DNA of 64,000 nt. Source: Octopus sinensis (taxonomy: Eukaryota). The notes beneath the pieces are model-generated. The model saw only the letters and a list, made by a program, of their open reading frames with translations. It did not search any database and had not been told where the DNA came from. Where the stretch lies: positions 120,094,001 through 120,158,000 of the forward strand of contig NC_043001.1 of assembly GCF_006345805.1 (NCBI RefSeq). The letters are read 5' to 3'. Each line of letters begins with the position of its first letter. The first letter of the stretch is position 1. Shown in pieces: positions 12,123 through 23,469 of the stretch. The position numbers and the translations under genes were made by a program.

Positions 12123-12782
12123 TATTTAAGTGTGTGTTGTGTGTTTGTGTCTGTTTCATTTGTATGTGTTTCCCTTTCTCCCTAACTTTTTGTTTAATCC
12201 TGTTTGAGACTAAACGAGTCAACATAATTATCTTCTTGCCTTTCAAAACACTTCCCAGATCCGAAGTGTTAAGAAATGAAAGAGGCCATTCGTCATTAAT
12301 GCAGACGGATCGGAAACTATATGAAGTATAACAGGAACACGTGGAGTGAAAGAAAGAAAATTCTAGAATATGGGCTAATTCCTCCCGTCATTTTCAGGAT
12401 TGAAGCTACAGTGTGTAATGTTTAGTGCAGAGATTAGAGTTAGAAGCTATCCGGATTAGGAGACGCAGCTGATGGCTTATTGTATCGTACATTCACAGAT
12501 ACCAAAAGTCAAGTATGATAGAAGGAGATAAATAGAGAGAGAGAGAGAGTGGTGAGTGAGAAGTGAGAGACAGAGAGAGTAAGAGTGGTGTAGTGAAAGA
12601 GAGAGAGAGAAAGACAGAGAAAGAGAGATGGAGAGAGAAGGGGAGAGAGAAGGAGTGAGAGAGAGCACACAGTGGTGCGTATGAGATGAGAAGATTGCTA
12701 AGAATTTTATCGAAAATGTTTGCTTTGTTAAGACAAGTATTGTATATAGTGTGTTTTATGTATGTAAAAGTGTGCCTGAATG

Positions 12783-12813
<31 letters not shown>

Positions 12814-12892
12814 GTATGTATGTATGTATGTATGTATGTATGTATGTATATATGTATGTATGTATGTCATTACATATTTTAAGATTTCTTAC

Positions 12893-12955
12893 CAACAGAG
12901 AAAGAGCCGTTTTCTAACCAAAGATGGACAGAGAGTAACAGCAAGAATGGAAACG
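12893..12955 (-). CDS. 63-nt exon encoding a signal-peptide-like hydrophobic segment (FPFLLLLSVHLWLENGSFSV)
   Basis: Acceptor GCCACTTTTTTCAG| and donor |GTAAGA, phase 1-1. Paralogous copies at about 13030 and 19162 differ mainly by synonymous or conservative changes in this frame. Confidence 0.55.
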
Positions 12956-13214
12956 CTGAAAAAAGTGGCAATTAGAGAGGTCAAAATAAAGTAAATTCAT
13001 GTACGTATGTCCTTATTCAGTTTTATTTCAAGATTTCTTGCCCATAGAGAAAGCACCGGTTTCTAACCTAGATCCAAGACTCCTTCATTGGAATTTTAAC
13101 ATCAACAAGGTATTTTTGTATGTATGTATGTGCATATCTGTATGTTTTGTTTTATGTATGTATTCTCATGCATATAGTTGCATGTCTAGAGACGCTCATA
13201 TATACTTAGGTGAT

Positions 13215-13520
13215 AGACTTCTGGAAAGTTTTACAAATTTTTACAGTTCCGGTGATGGCTTAGGTCTTTAGTCTTCGAATCAGCTTTCTCCTTTCTGGTT
13301 TGAGAAGCTTTATGTCTCAAGATACATATCCCAGTGTCCCAAAAATTACTGGTATAAACCTGAACTTGTAAGCTGGGTAGAGTGGCTGTAGATTCCACAA
13401 TAGTTCAGAGTAGGTATTTTTTTTCGCTGATCATTAGATTTATGTTCACATCTGTTGGGCAACTGATTTCTAGACGTGCACACAATTTCTCTTCATATGT
13501 TTCTACGTAAATATGTATCT
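13215..13520 (-). mobile_element. 3' fragment of an RLE-type (R4/Dong-like) LINE
   Basis: Translates as LEISCPTDVNI...YSELLWNLQPLYPAYKFRFIPVIFGTLGYV...TGTVKICKTF, with stops; matches the restriction-like endonuclease C-terminus. Confidence 0.7.
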
Positions 13521-13794
13521 ATCTATTTGTGTATATATATAAAATGCTGAAATTAGATTATTGTCTAAAGCCAGTTTGAAAATAACAAGGGAAGATTTGC
13601 TGATGGGGTGAGTTTATACTGAGAGTAAAAGAATAGAGTAAGATTTATTGCGAAAATCAAACTGATTGGAACTTCAACTTTCGCACTAGCTCGTTGAATA
13701 AACCAATTGGCAAAATCTCAGTCAACTTCTGCGTGTGTGTGAGCGCACGCGTTTGTGTGTGTGTGTGCTTGTGGGTGTGTGTATACATATGAGT

Positions 13795-13829
<35 letters not shown>

Positions 13830-14397
13830 TAGATAGATAGATAGATAGATAGATAGATTGATAGATAGATTGATAGATAAATTGATAATGAGTCGAATTG
13901 CACTTGTTTATTGAATTCGTGTAGACATAAAGTCGTAGTACCAATCATCTCTCAGTAATAAAATAAGTTTTCATATGAACAGATGTTATATTGTATAAGA
14001 CTAAGTGCTTCTTTCTACAATATTGTCCTTGGCATCTATTGCAGTGTCCTAACTTTAAACGATTTCTACAGCAGAATGATAAATGTATTTTCACCCTGCT
14101 TGTCTGAACGGATTTTCACCAAATTTGGCAGAAATACTCATTAGGTGAGTGGCTCGAAATGATGAAAATTGGGTTTGATTGTCTTCAAACACACATGTAT
14201 TCAGAGATATGTGACTATTTGTGTGTGTATGTGTGTGTGTATGTGATGGATTCGAGAGTTTCTTTCATTTACGAGTTGATTTCTTAATTTTACCGGAGTA
14301 TAGCTACCTATAGTGGTAACACTTAAAAAAAGAGACAAATATTAAATAGATGAATGACGTACTAAATATGTCTACCTGCTGGAAATAACAGTCAAAA

Positions 14398-15220
14398 CTC
14401 TTAGTTAAATCGCCAAAAATACACTGATAACCACAGATCAGGTTAATAAAATCTCCTAACATACATTTAAGTATTTGGACTCACTTGGACCGGTTTCTGC
14501 ATTGGCAAAAAATCGCCTTAGCTTCTTCAGCACGCGTTACCATAATAGAGACCCCCAACCTATCGTATTGAAGTCTGTGCCGCAACGGATTCGTTTTGCG
14601 CCGAAATCAATTACAACCACCAGTGAGAAAATGCTCTCGATTCAAGGGCAAACAATTCCCGAGAAAATATAATTCCCGAAAAATTAATTTGCTAAGATAT
14701 TATTCATTTTGTTATTATCTGGTATAACTATTTCAAAAAATGATAATAACAGAATAAATAGTACAGGCGATTGCAGAACAAAGAAAAGCATTAAATAGCT
14801 GAAGGATTAAAATTAATCAAAGGACATACTAAGTATGTCTACCTGCTGGAAATAACAGTCAAAACTCTTATTTAAATCGCCAAAAATACACTGATGATAA
14901 CTACAGAAATCAACCGAGAGCAGTAAATTAATATCTTAGCAAATAATTTTTTCTCGTGAATTGTTTGAATTTGTATCGGGAGTATTTCCTCACTGGTGAC
15001 TGTAATTGATTTCGACGCAAAACGAATCAGTTGCGGCGCAGACTTCAATACGATAGGTTAGGGGTCTCAATTATGGTAACGCGTGGCGATTTTTGCCAGT
15101 GCAAAAACCGGTCCACGTGAGTCCAAATACTTAAATGTATGTTAGGAAATTTTATTAACCTGATCTTCTTTCGGTTGATTTCTGTAGTTATCATCAATGT
15201 ATTTTTGGCGAGTTAAAGAG
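14398..15220. repeat. Long inverted repeat (arms about 14398-14674 and 14943-15220) with an internal direct duplicate of the arm end
   Basis: For example CCTATCGTATTGAAGTCTG versus CAGACTTCAATACGATAGG. Bases 14360-14430 are duplicated at 14830-14900. Confidence 0.9.
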
Positions 15221-15446
15221 ACACATACAATATTTCATTCACCGCATGCAGTTCTCAGGTTACAGCCATAAAGAAAGGATCAGAGTATACAAAGGAGCCA
15301 TGAAAAAATTTGATAATATATTATGTAATGATAGGAATGGGATTTGTCCACTCTATAGAAACAAGTCATGAAACACTATAGAAAGGACAAAAAAGAAAAT
15401 AGGGAAGGCCAACTCTTGGTATGATAGCCATAAATACCAGAGTGTC

Positions 15447-15980
15447 ATGTTCGTTGACACCACCCCTGGAGGTGAACTGGCGTACCGCTTTAGAAGGACC
15501 CTAGACAAACTTAAGCTAAGGATTAAGGTTGTTGAAAAACTAGGCAACCCTATCAAATCTATAATTGGTAGAACCTATCCTTTTAGTAGAACCCCCAGTA
15601 CGGATAAGTACTGTACTGTATGTAGATTTAGCCCACAAACAAACTGTAAAGCCAGAAATGTAATCTATAGTATAAGATGTATAGAGGGACGATGCAGTAA
15701 CAAGACAATGACATACGAAGGGGAAACGGCAAGAAGCATAGGAGAGCGGGTAAATGGACATTGGAGACAAATCAAGGAAGGTAAAAACTCATCGATTCTG
15801 TACCAACACGCCGAACAGGAACACGGGGAATCAATCAACAACATAGAAATTAAAATATTGTCCACACATAGAACAGATGCAACAATCAGACAAATTACAG
15901 AAGCTACACACGTAATAGAAAATAAACCTAGCCTGAATAGAAAACTAGAATGGAACAATAGCACACACCACGACATATGA
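15447..15980 (+). CDS. Penelope GIY-YIG endonuclease domain (fragment)
   Basis: NVIY...YEGET...ER...H GIY-YIG-like motif with the PLE Cys/His residues. Confidence 0.85.
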   Translation: MFVDTTPGGELAYRFRRTLDKLKLRIKVVEKLGNPIKSIIGRTYPFSRTPSTDKYCTVCRFSPQTNCKARNVIYSIRCIEGRCSNKTMTYEGETARSIGERVNGHWRQIKEGKNSSILYQHAEQEHGESINNIEIKILSTHRTDATIRQITEATHVIENKPSLNRKLEWNNSTHHDI

Positions 15981-16356
15981 CGGTAGAGGATCCCGAAAAC
16001 ATAATAAATACACAGATAAATAAACAAATAGAAATAAATACCTATATATATATTTTTTTTATTTATTATTATTATTACTAGTTTGCTGTTATACATACAC
16101 ACACGCATATGTAATGATAATAATAAGTGGATGTAAACACATGAACAAAATAAGAATAAACAAAAACAACAACAAAAACAAATTACATGAACGTATATAA
16201 ACAGAAGATACAAATATTACAGGCATCCCCCCCACACACTAAATAAACATAGACGCACATAGAGATATAAGCATGCGCAAATGAAGACATACAATAGAAA
16301 TACAAAATGGCTGACGGTTAGTAAGGAGAGACACAAATAAGAAAGAAGAACACAAA

Positions 16357-16401
16357 GGACCACTGATGCGGTCACAGGAGTGTGACAAAAGAACTCTGGC
16401 C
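16357..16401 (+). ncRNA. Minimal type I hammerhead-like motif in the pLTR (copy 1, GAAA mutated to AAAA)
   Basis: GGACCA-CTGATG-CG-GTCAC-aggagt-GTGAC-AAAA-G-aa-CTC-TGGCC. Confidence 0.45.
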
Positions 16402-16515
16402 GAAATAAGATTAAGATTAATATAAAAAATAAATAACACTGAAGCAAAGTAACACCAAATATATAGTGCGTGTGTTTTTATTGGCTAAACTGGCAAAATG
16501 ACCATTCCGAAATAT

Positions 16516-16562
<47 letters not shown>

Positions 16563-16731
16563 TATAGTTACTACTTGCATCTGTTATAGAGATTTTAGAA
16601 CTAGCCATTTTGCAGAAAAATATTACTATTCTTTTTAACCCTAAAAGTGAACCTCCTCCATCTGGTTAATGACACAATATCTGTGTCGGTTATATTGCAA
16701 ACAAGGGAGTGAACAACTCCCATTCAGCGGA

Positions 16732-16802
16732 GACAGGATCAGTAGACCAGCTGGTTTCAGGGTCTTACTCTTCCTGAAACTAGCTAGTCTACTGGTCCTG
16801 TC
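16732..16802. other. 71-nt hairpin (30-bp stem, 11-nt loop)
   Basis: GACAGGATCAGTAGACCAGCTGGTTTCAGG pairs with CCTGAAACTAGCTAGTCTACTGGTCCTGTC, with 2 G-U pairs and 1 mismatch on the + strand. Confidence 0.9.
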
Positions 16803-17004
16803 ACTGGAGGATGTGTCCTCCTAGGATTATAAATTGTTATAACAGTATTCTCCACATATCAACCACGTTGGTATAGTAACAGGCATTATTTTATGTATGT
16901 ATACAAGTTGAAAAAGTCGCAAAGACTGAAGCCGATACTAAAATGTCCTTCCTGATAAAATTATTTTAGCATTTTCTACATTGTCTTATTTTCCTATATA
17001 CATG

Positions 17005-17690
17005 TGTGTGTGTGTGCGTGACACATTTCTTATTATTATGACGAGGTCTGCCATCAAAATATTGAATTTGGCATTGTCCGCAATGGCTGAGTTCCGGTAG
17101 ATCAAGTATTTTGAGGCCATAGGTTTGGCATAGTATGAATGAAGGATTTGGGTTTTATTATTCACAATTTCTAGCCAGAGTTCAGTGTCTAGTACTGGTA
17201 GTCTATGGTTGGGATGTTTAGTGGAGTAGTCAATTGTGACCTTAATACTCTGGTGGATGGAGTTAGCTATTTGCTGGATGCTCTCCATAGTATTAGTTTC
17301 TATTACTATATCAAGAGTACTCTCTTGTGGGGGTGCCCTTACCACTATGTTGATATCATCAACATAGCGAGAGTACATGTTTACGAGTATGGAGTTCTGT
17401 GTTAGGCGTTCTTTAAGCCTTCTGTCCCACCATACCATGAAAAGGTTGGCCACATCACCAGCGATACTAACGCCGATGGCTACCCCCTCGCCCTGGACAT
17501 ATATTTTATTGTTAAACTTAAATGTGTGGCCTTTTAGGGTAATTCTTATACTAGCTCCTAGTGCATGTGCGATCATTTTCTTTACCTGATAGACATTTGC
17601 GGGGCTCCGTATGGCTCTGGTCCATCCGCACCATCTTTCTATATGGGTCTTCCTAGCAATAGAAGTAATTTTGGGCGGTCTACCTCTTGA
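17005..17690 (-). mobile_element. Penelope-like RT fragment
   Basis: HTFKFNNKIYVQGEGVAIGVSIAGDVANLFM, YSRYVDDINIV, RLPVLDTELW, YYAKPMAS. Confidence 0.9.
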
Positions 17691-17692
17691 AC

Positions 17693-18073
17693 ATGAACAA
17701 AATAAGAATAAACAAAAACAACAACAAAAACAAATTACATGAACGTATATAAACAGAAGATACAAATATTACAGGCATCCCCCCACACACACTAAATAAA
17801 CATAGACGCACATAGAGATATAAGCATGCGCAAATGAAGACATACAATAGAAATACAAAATGGCTGACGGTTAGTAAGGAGAGACACAAATAAGAAAGAA
17901 GAAAACAAAGGACCACTGATGCGGTCTCAGGAGTGTGACGAAAGAACTCTGGCCGAAATAAGATTAAGATTAATATAAAAAATAAATAACACTGAAGCAA
18001 AGTAACACCAAATATATAGTGCGTGTGTTTTTATTGGTAAACTGGCAAAATGACCATTCCGAAATATAACAAT
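17693..18073 (+). repeat. Second pLTR copy (direct repeat of about 16140-16520), antisense to the adjacent RT
   Basis: Near-identical to 16140-16520. Confidence 0.9.
17910..17954 (+). ncRNA. Minimal type I hammerhead-like motif in the pLTR (copy 2)
   Basis: GGACCA-CTGATG-CG-GTCTC-aggagt-GTGAC-GAAA-G-aa-CTC-TGGCC. Stem I is CCA/TGG plus GG/CC; A9 is replaced by C. Confidence 0.5.
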
Positions 18074-18128
18074 ATCTGTTTCAACACACGAATTCACATA
18101 GAAAATCTTGCACAACAAATATATAAAC

Positions 18129-18180
<52 letters not shown>

Positions 18181-18819
18181 TATATATATATAATATATAT
18201 ATATATACGCACACAAACACCCACACACACACACTTATGCATGTATGCACGTATGGTTTTAATCTGACGAATGCTAAAAGCAACAACTGCGAGCGTGTTT
18301 ACTGAGTAACTGAAGCTCTGTTATTATTGTAAGTCTTGAAACACATTCATAAATAAACACACACACACATACACAACCACACACACATACACACACTTAT
18401 GCATACACACCACACACATCTAAACACAGTCAGAGTCGAGTTAAAATTTCGTGTTTCCAGCTTGAGAAAATAAACGGTAGTAAGTTCGGCGACGTACGTA
18501 ATGGATTACAACCAAATCCTAAATTCAGAATTTGTGCTAATGTTAATGATTATAATAGCAAAAGGAAAAATATAAAGTGTATGGCAATTTATGAAAGCGG
18601 TGTAAGATAGTTTTGAGATCTAACAAACACGTAAAAAGGGAAACAAAATTTTCCAGATTTTGCTTTCCTCTTATATAGAAAAAAGAGGAAATCATTTGAA
18701 ACAGGTTGACTAATTCTCTTTCCCTCTTTCCTTCTCTTTCTTTATCTCTCTGTCTCTGTCTCTCCTTCTCTATCTATCTATCTATCTATCTATCCATCCA
18801 TCCCCCTCTCTCTCTCTCA

Positions 18820-18863
<44 letters not shown>

Positions 18864-18887
18864 TATATATATATTATATATATATAT

Positions 18888-18944
<57 letters not shown>

Positions 18945-19161
18945 TATACACACACATCTGTTAGTCATGTAGATGTATATTTCAAATCTATATATAACTA
19001 AAATAATATCATTTAAGTATGTTCGATATGTTCATGTCTATGCTTAACCTTTAAAAATGCTTTGACCTGTCCTTCTAAATCACGCGATTACAGCTTCCAC
19101 TTTAAACTGCAGAAAACAGAAAAAATGATGTGAACAAGAACAAAATAAAAAAAGGAAGAAA

Positions 19162-19242
19162 CTAAAAATGGATAGAGAATAACAGTAAAAACGGAAATGT
19201 TGAAAAAGTGGCAATTGAAGAAATCAAAGTAACGTAAATTCA
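19162..19242 (-). pseudogene. Degraded paralog of the 12893-12955 exon plus its upstream intron
   Basis: Reads FPFLLLFSIHF* (TGG to TAG) and the acceptor AG is mutated to AA. The intron flank GCCACTTTTTC is conserved. Confidence 0.65.
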
Positions 19243-19267
19243 ATAATATTGTATCGTAAGAAAGTAA

Positions 19268-19464
19268 GGCGGCGCGCTTGCAGAATCGTTAGCACCTCGG
19301 GAGAATGCTTAGCGGCATTTCGTCCGTTTTTACTTACCGCTGACGCTCACTTTGCCTTTCATCCTTTTGGAGGTGGATAATATAAGTACCAGACAAGTAC
19401 TGGGGTCGATGTAATCGACGTCCCCCACAAAAACCGCTGGACCCCGTACCAAAAGTTGAAATCA
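19268..19464 (+). mobile_element. SINE family A with an internal deletion
   Basis: GGCGGCGCGCTTGCAGAATCGTTAG...GGGGTCGATGTAATCGAC. Confidence 0.8.
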
Positions 19465-20900
19465 TTATTTCATAAGGATTCGCATGAACAATGTAAGTGT
19501 TTGCTCGAGTAGAAGTGGAACCGTTTTCTCCGCCGTTCCTTATACTTTCATGATAATGAAGAACAATCACAGTAACTTGAATACTATTCAAAATATACGT
19601 TTGTCAGAGTGGGCAGGCATCAGTAGGACTGACACTATGCGCTAGGTAAACTAGGCAAATGTCTTGAGTACTGGAATGTGAAGATACCACATAGTTTCTG
19701 GACAACTGCTACAAAACTTCTTAATCCAACTAAAATTTCCGAAAATTTTGTTATAAAATTTACCGTTAACTTAGATCACTCGTGGAATAATGTTTTAGTA
19801 GTGAAGTATCCGACAATTGAAACCTCAATGTCTGAACTATTGATACTACATTATCAACCTACTGTTCCCGATTGTATTCACGAAATACTCATAACCGGGA
19901 AAGGAAAGACCTACATCGCGGGTCTGTGGTGCTGTATACTCTGGGGCCAAGCCTGGGTATCAACTATGTTATGTGAATATGATTTGTTCCGAATATCAAG
20001 CGTGTATAGGTAATGACTGGCGTAAAATTAGTCCAACAATATGAAACCCAAATGCTTGTGTCTCTGCAGATATTTTCTTTCCAATCCTTAATCATAACTG
20101 GACAGTTTGTCTTGATCTCCTCGCTAGCATGTCTCAGACGATTGTGGCATGGTAATTAACAGGTAATATACCTTTGGTATCTTCTACTATAATAATACTC
20201 GTGTTTTTCTCCGTCATAACATATGAATGAGAATGGAAAGGCTGATAGAGGAATAAGGAAGGGGTGGGGGAAAACTGGTAGTTGGAGCGTTTCAATTCTG
20301 TGTGAGTATATGTGTGTGAATGTAAAAGGGAGGTATGTGAATGTTTGTGTTTGTGTGAGTATGTGTGCGCGCGCGCGTGCAGTGGAATAGTGAACATTCA
20401 ACGCTGAAAAGAAAAATCAAACAGTGTTTCAACTCTGTGTGAGCATATGTGTGTATGTGTGTGCGTGTACAAGGGAAATATGTGAATGTCTGTATGTCTG
20501 AACTAGCATTCTTTCATTAACAAACGACGATCGATGTCACATCTCAAAAGAGAACCACCAGATAACATTGACAAGTGTATTAATTTGATTTATCACCCAT
20601 ATTTATATATGAAATACTACGATTAGTCGTCATTTTTGACAGTACGGGGCCAGTTAGTATATTTATACTACTCATCAGAATCCAGGTCATGGATATGCAT
20701 GACCACTCTGCTAACTCGAGTGCGGCGTGATGGTGAATATCTTTTGAAATGGTAAGAACTGGATCTCCAAAAATTATTTTGTCAGCTTTCTCAGTGTACT
20801 GATTGAATAATCTGCACTTGATGTAAACAATTTCTTTATTGTTTTACTTTTGTAATTATTCGTATCCAGACATTACTTTCGTGCGGCTAAATTGAAACCT

Positions 20901-21008
20901 GTCTCTGTTTTTAGTCCAGAACTATCGAGCTATAGCAGGGTTTTTTTCCGGTTTCTGTTTTATTTTAGTCCAGAACTTCCGAGCTTTAGCTGGGTTTTTC
21001 TCTGGCTT
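20901..21008 (-). repeat. 54-bp tandem duplication reading as an 18-aa repeat (KPEKNPAKARKFWTKIKQ / KPEKNPAIAR*FWTKNRD)
   Basis: 4 of 6 differences in the aligned core are synonymous in this minus frame. Confidence 0.6.
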
Positions 21009-21329
21009 ATTTCCTCTAAGCCGTTTGATAGTAGCATGGTGAAGAAATATAAAAATATCACCACGAAACTCAAAGAATTCAGAATTTTCGTAAAGTTGTT
21101 ATCGTAAATGTAACAATAGCCTTAGGATCAGTATTAAGAAGCTTAGCTGGTTAGTTTGAAGATGCTGGATATCGAGGTACATTTGCTGACTAAACAAGAA
21201 GTTTGTTTGATCGGTACTGCAAAAAATATAAGGAAGATACTACATATATATAAAACTGTGGTATACATATTGATATCTAGTAATATAATGCCGGTAGGAA
21301 AAAAAGCGAAATGTTGAATGAAAACATTC

Positions 21330-21383
<54 letters not shown>

Positions 21384-21759
21384 CCAGCCTTGACAGCGGT
21401 TGGACGTGTTCTTCGCTACTCTAACCAGTCAACAGTTGAAGACAAAGAAACACTAATACAACCCAGCAGGAAAATTGAAAATAACTATCAAAGACTGGAA
21501 TATGTACAATTTTCAGTGAATATTTTAAATTTCCCTCAAAATAAGTTAAGAAGTTTACATATCTACAGTTTTCGAACACACAAACGATCAGCTTGAAAAA
21601 CTTTAATATCTACAACTTCTGTGAATACCTATCCTTTCCTTTCTCCATGAGTTTTCGAAAATGTAAACATCTTCTTTATTCTAAGAACATTACAGTTTTT
21701 TCTGTTCGGACATACAAAAGATCATCTTTAGTAAATTGTAAAACTTTAATATCTACAAT

Positions 21760-22600
21760 TTTCGGTCAATATAAAGGTCTTCACATGGGAAGAGAAAAAT
21801 AAATAAATAAAGCAGCCTGCTGGGTGTTAACGCGTATGTAGAAAATGAATATGAAAACAGAATGTGTGCTGACGGCCCTGGGGGTGGAGAGGAACTTTTG
21901 GAAAATTCACAAGATCCGATTTTTCCGTCATAACTTTCGGTAAAATGGAGATATATTGATTTTTGTTACGGAATCCTATGTTTTTGACTATGGAGGATCC
22001 TATTCTGAAGAAAAACACTAAAAAATCGCATTTTCAAAATTTCAACCACCCCTTCATACCCTCCCTCCTTCATTTTTCACTTTTTCCGGAATTTTATTAT
22101 TTATTTTATTTATTTATTTTTTTCGAAATACGTAGAAAAATACGAAGATTACGATTCTGAAAAATATTTGTTTCTAAAATTTCAATTTTTCAACAAAAGA
22201 ATATATATACACCCCAGGCCTTCAAGCAGGCTAGCTACATGCTAGAAATAACAGCAAAATCTCACAAGACTGCGATAATATAATATAATCAATCTACTCA
22301 CTTTTCTGCAAAGATTTCTTTCAGAGTAATTTTCCGCCGCAATTTTGAAAATGCGATTTTTGAAAGTTTTTTTTTCTGAATCGGATCCTCCATAACCAAA
22401 AACGTGGGATTCTGTAACAAAAATTAATATATATCCATTTTACTGAAATCGGATCTTGTGAATTGTCCGAAAGTCCCCTCTTTATCTCCCAGGGTCGCCA
22501 GCGCGCATTTTTTCCTATTCGTTTTCTACATACTTGTTAACACCCACCAGGCTCGTTTACTTATTTTTTGTTCTCGGGTGAAGATTTTATATTCACCCGA
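21760..22600. repeat. Diverged long inverted repeat (arms about 21760-22040 and 22341-22600)
   Basis: For example GCCTGCTGGGTGTTAAC / GTTAACACCCACCAGGC and ATCGCATTTTCAAAATT / AATTTTGAAAATGCGAT. Confidence 0.85.
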
Positions 22601-23322
22601 TTTTTTATGAAAAATTTACCCTCCTATTGCAAAAATACTACAGTCTTCTCTCATTGGACATACAAACGAACATCTAAAAAATTTAGAAAGTTTAATATCT
22701 ACAATTTTGTGTGAAAATTTTCTTTCTTTTTCCCTGACTACATGCCTTTTATTGTAACAACAATTAAATGCACAATAACAAAACAAAACATTAAGGAGGT
22801 AATCACCTGCCAATATATACAAACTGCATAGTTACAAAAACTGTAAACCACAGCAAAACTTATAAAAAGAAAAGAAAAATTTCAAAGAAAATTGAAATTC
22901 AGAAATTGAAAAATTCTACGAGGTGAACCTCAGTATATATATATAATTATTTTTTCTTTCAGTAATTAAAAATAGAACAAGGTGACTTAGTTCTTTTCAA
23001 GGCCACCAAGGCCAGCGCTCTTATTGTAGTTAACACATTTGACCTCTGCTGACCCCAAGGTGTGAGGCCGCTTTTGTCTCCATATCGCACAGGAATGCCC
23101 ATTGCTGATTTCTTCACCATCTGTCGAATCTATTTACAGACCTGTGGAATTTTATCTATTCACGAAGCTGTCTATATTGCTCCTACTATTCCCCTAAGCA
23201 CTCATATTTAAGATCATCTCAAGCTCAAGACAAAAGCTGAAACTAAACAACATTCAACAATACCTTTTAACCATAAATGGAAATAATGATAATAATAATA
23301 ATAATAATATAATAATAATAAT

Positions 23323-23355
<33 letters not shown>

Positions 23356-23469
23356 AATAATAATAATAACAATAACAATAATAATAATAATAATAATAAC
23401 GATGGTAATAATGGTGATGGTGATAATAATGATAATAATAATTTAGCGAAAACTATGTCGGATCAGAGG

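Larger units (their letters stand above)
15219..16520 (+). mobile_element. Penelope-like element, 3' half (RT thumb region, GIY-YIG endonuclease, pLTR)
   Basis: RHIQYFIHRMQFSGY...MFVDTTPGGELA...CTVC...NCKARNVIYSIRC...YEGETARSIGERVNGH...RQITEA...LNRKLEW. Confidence 0.88.
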
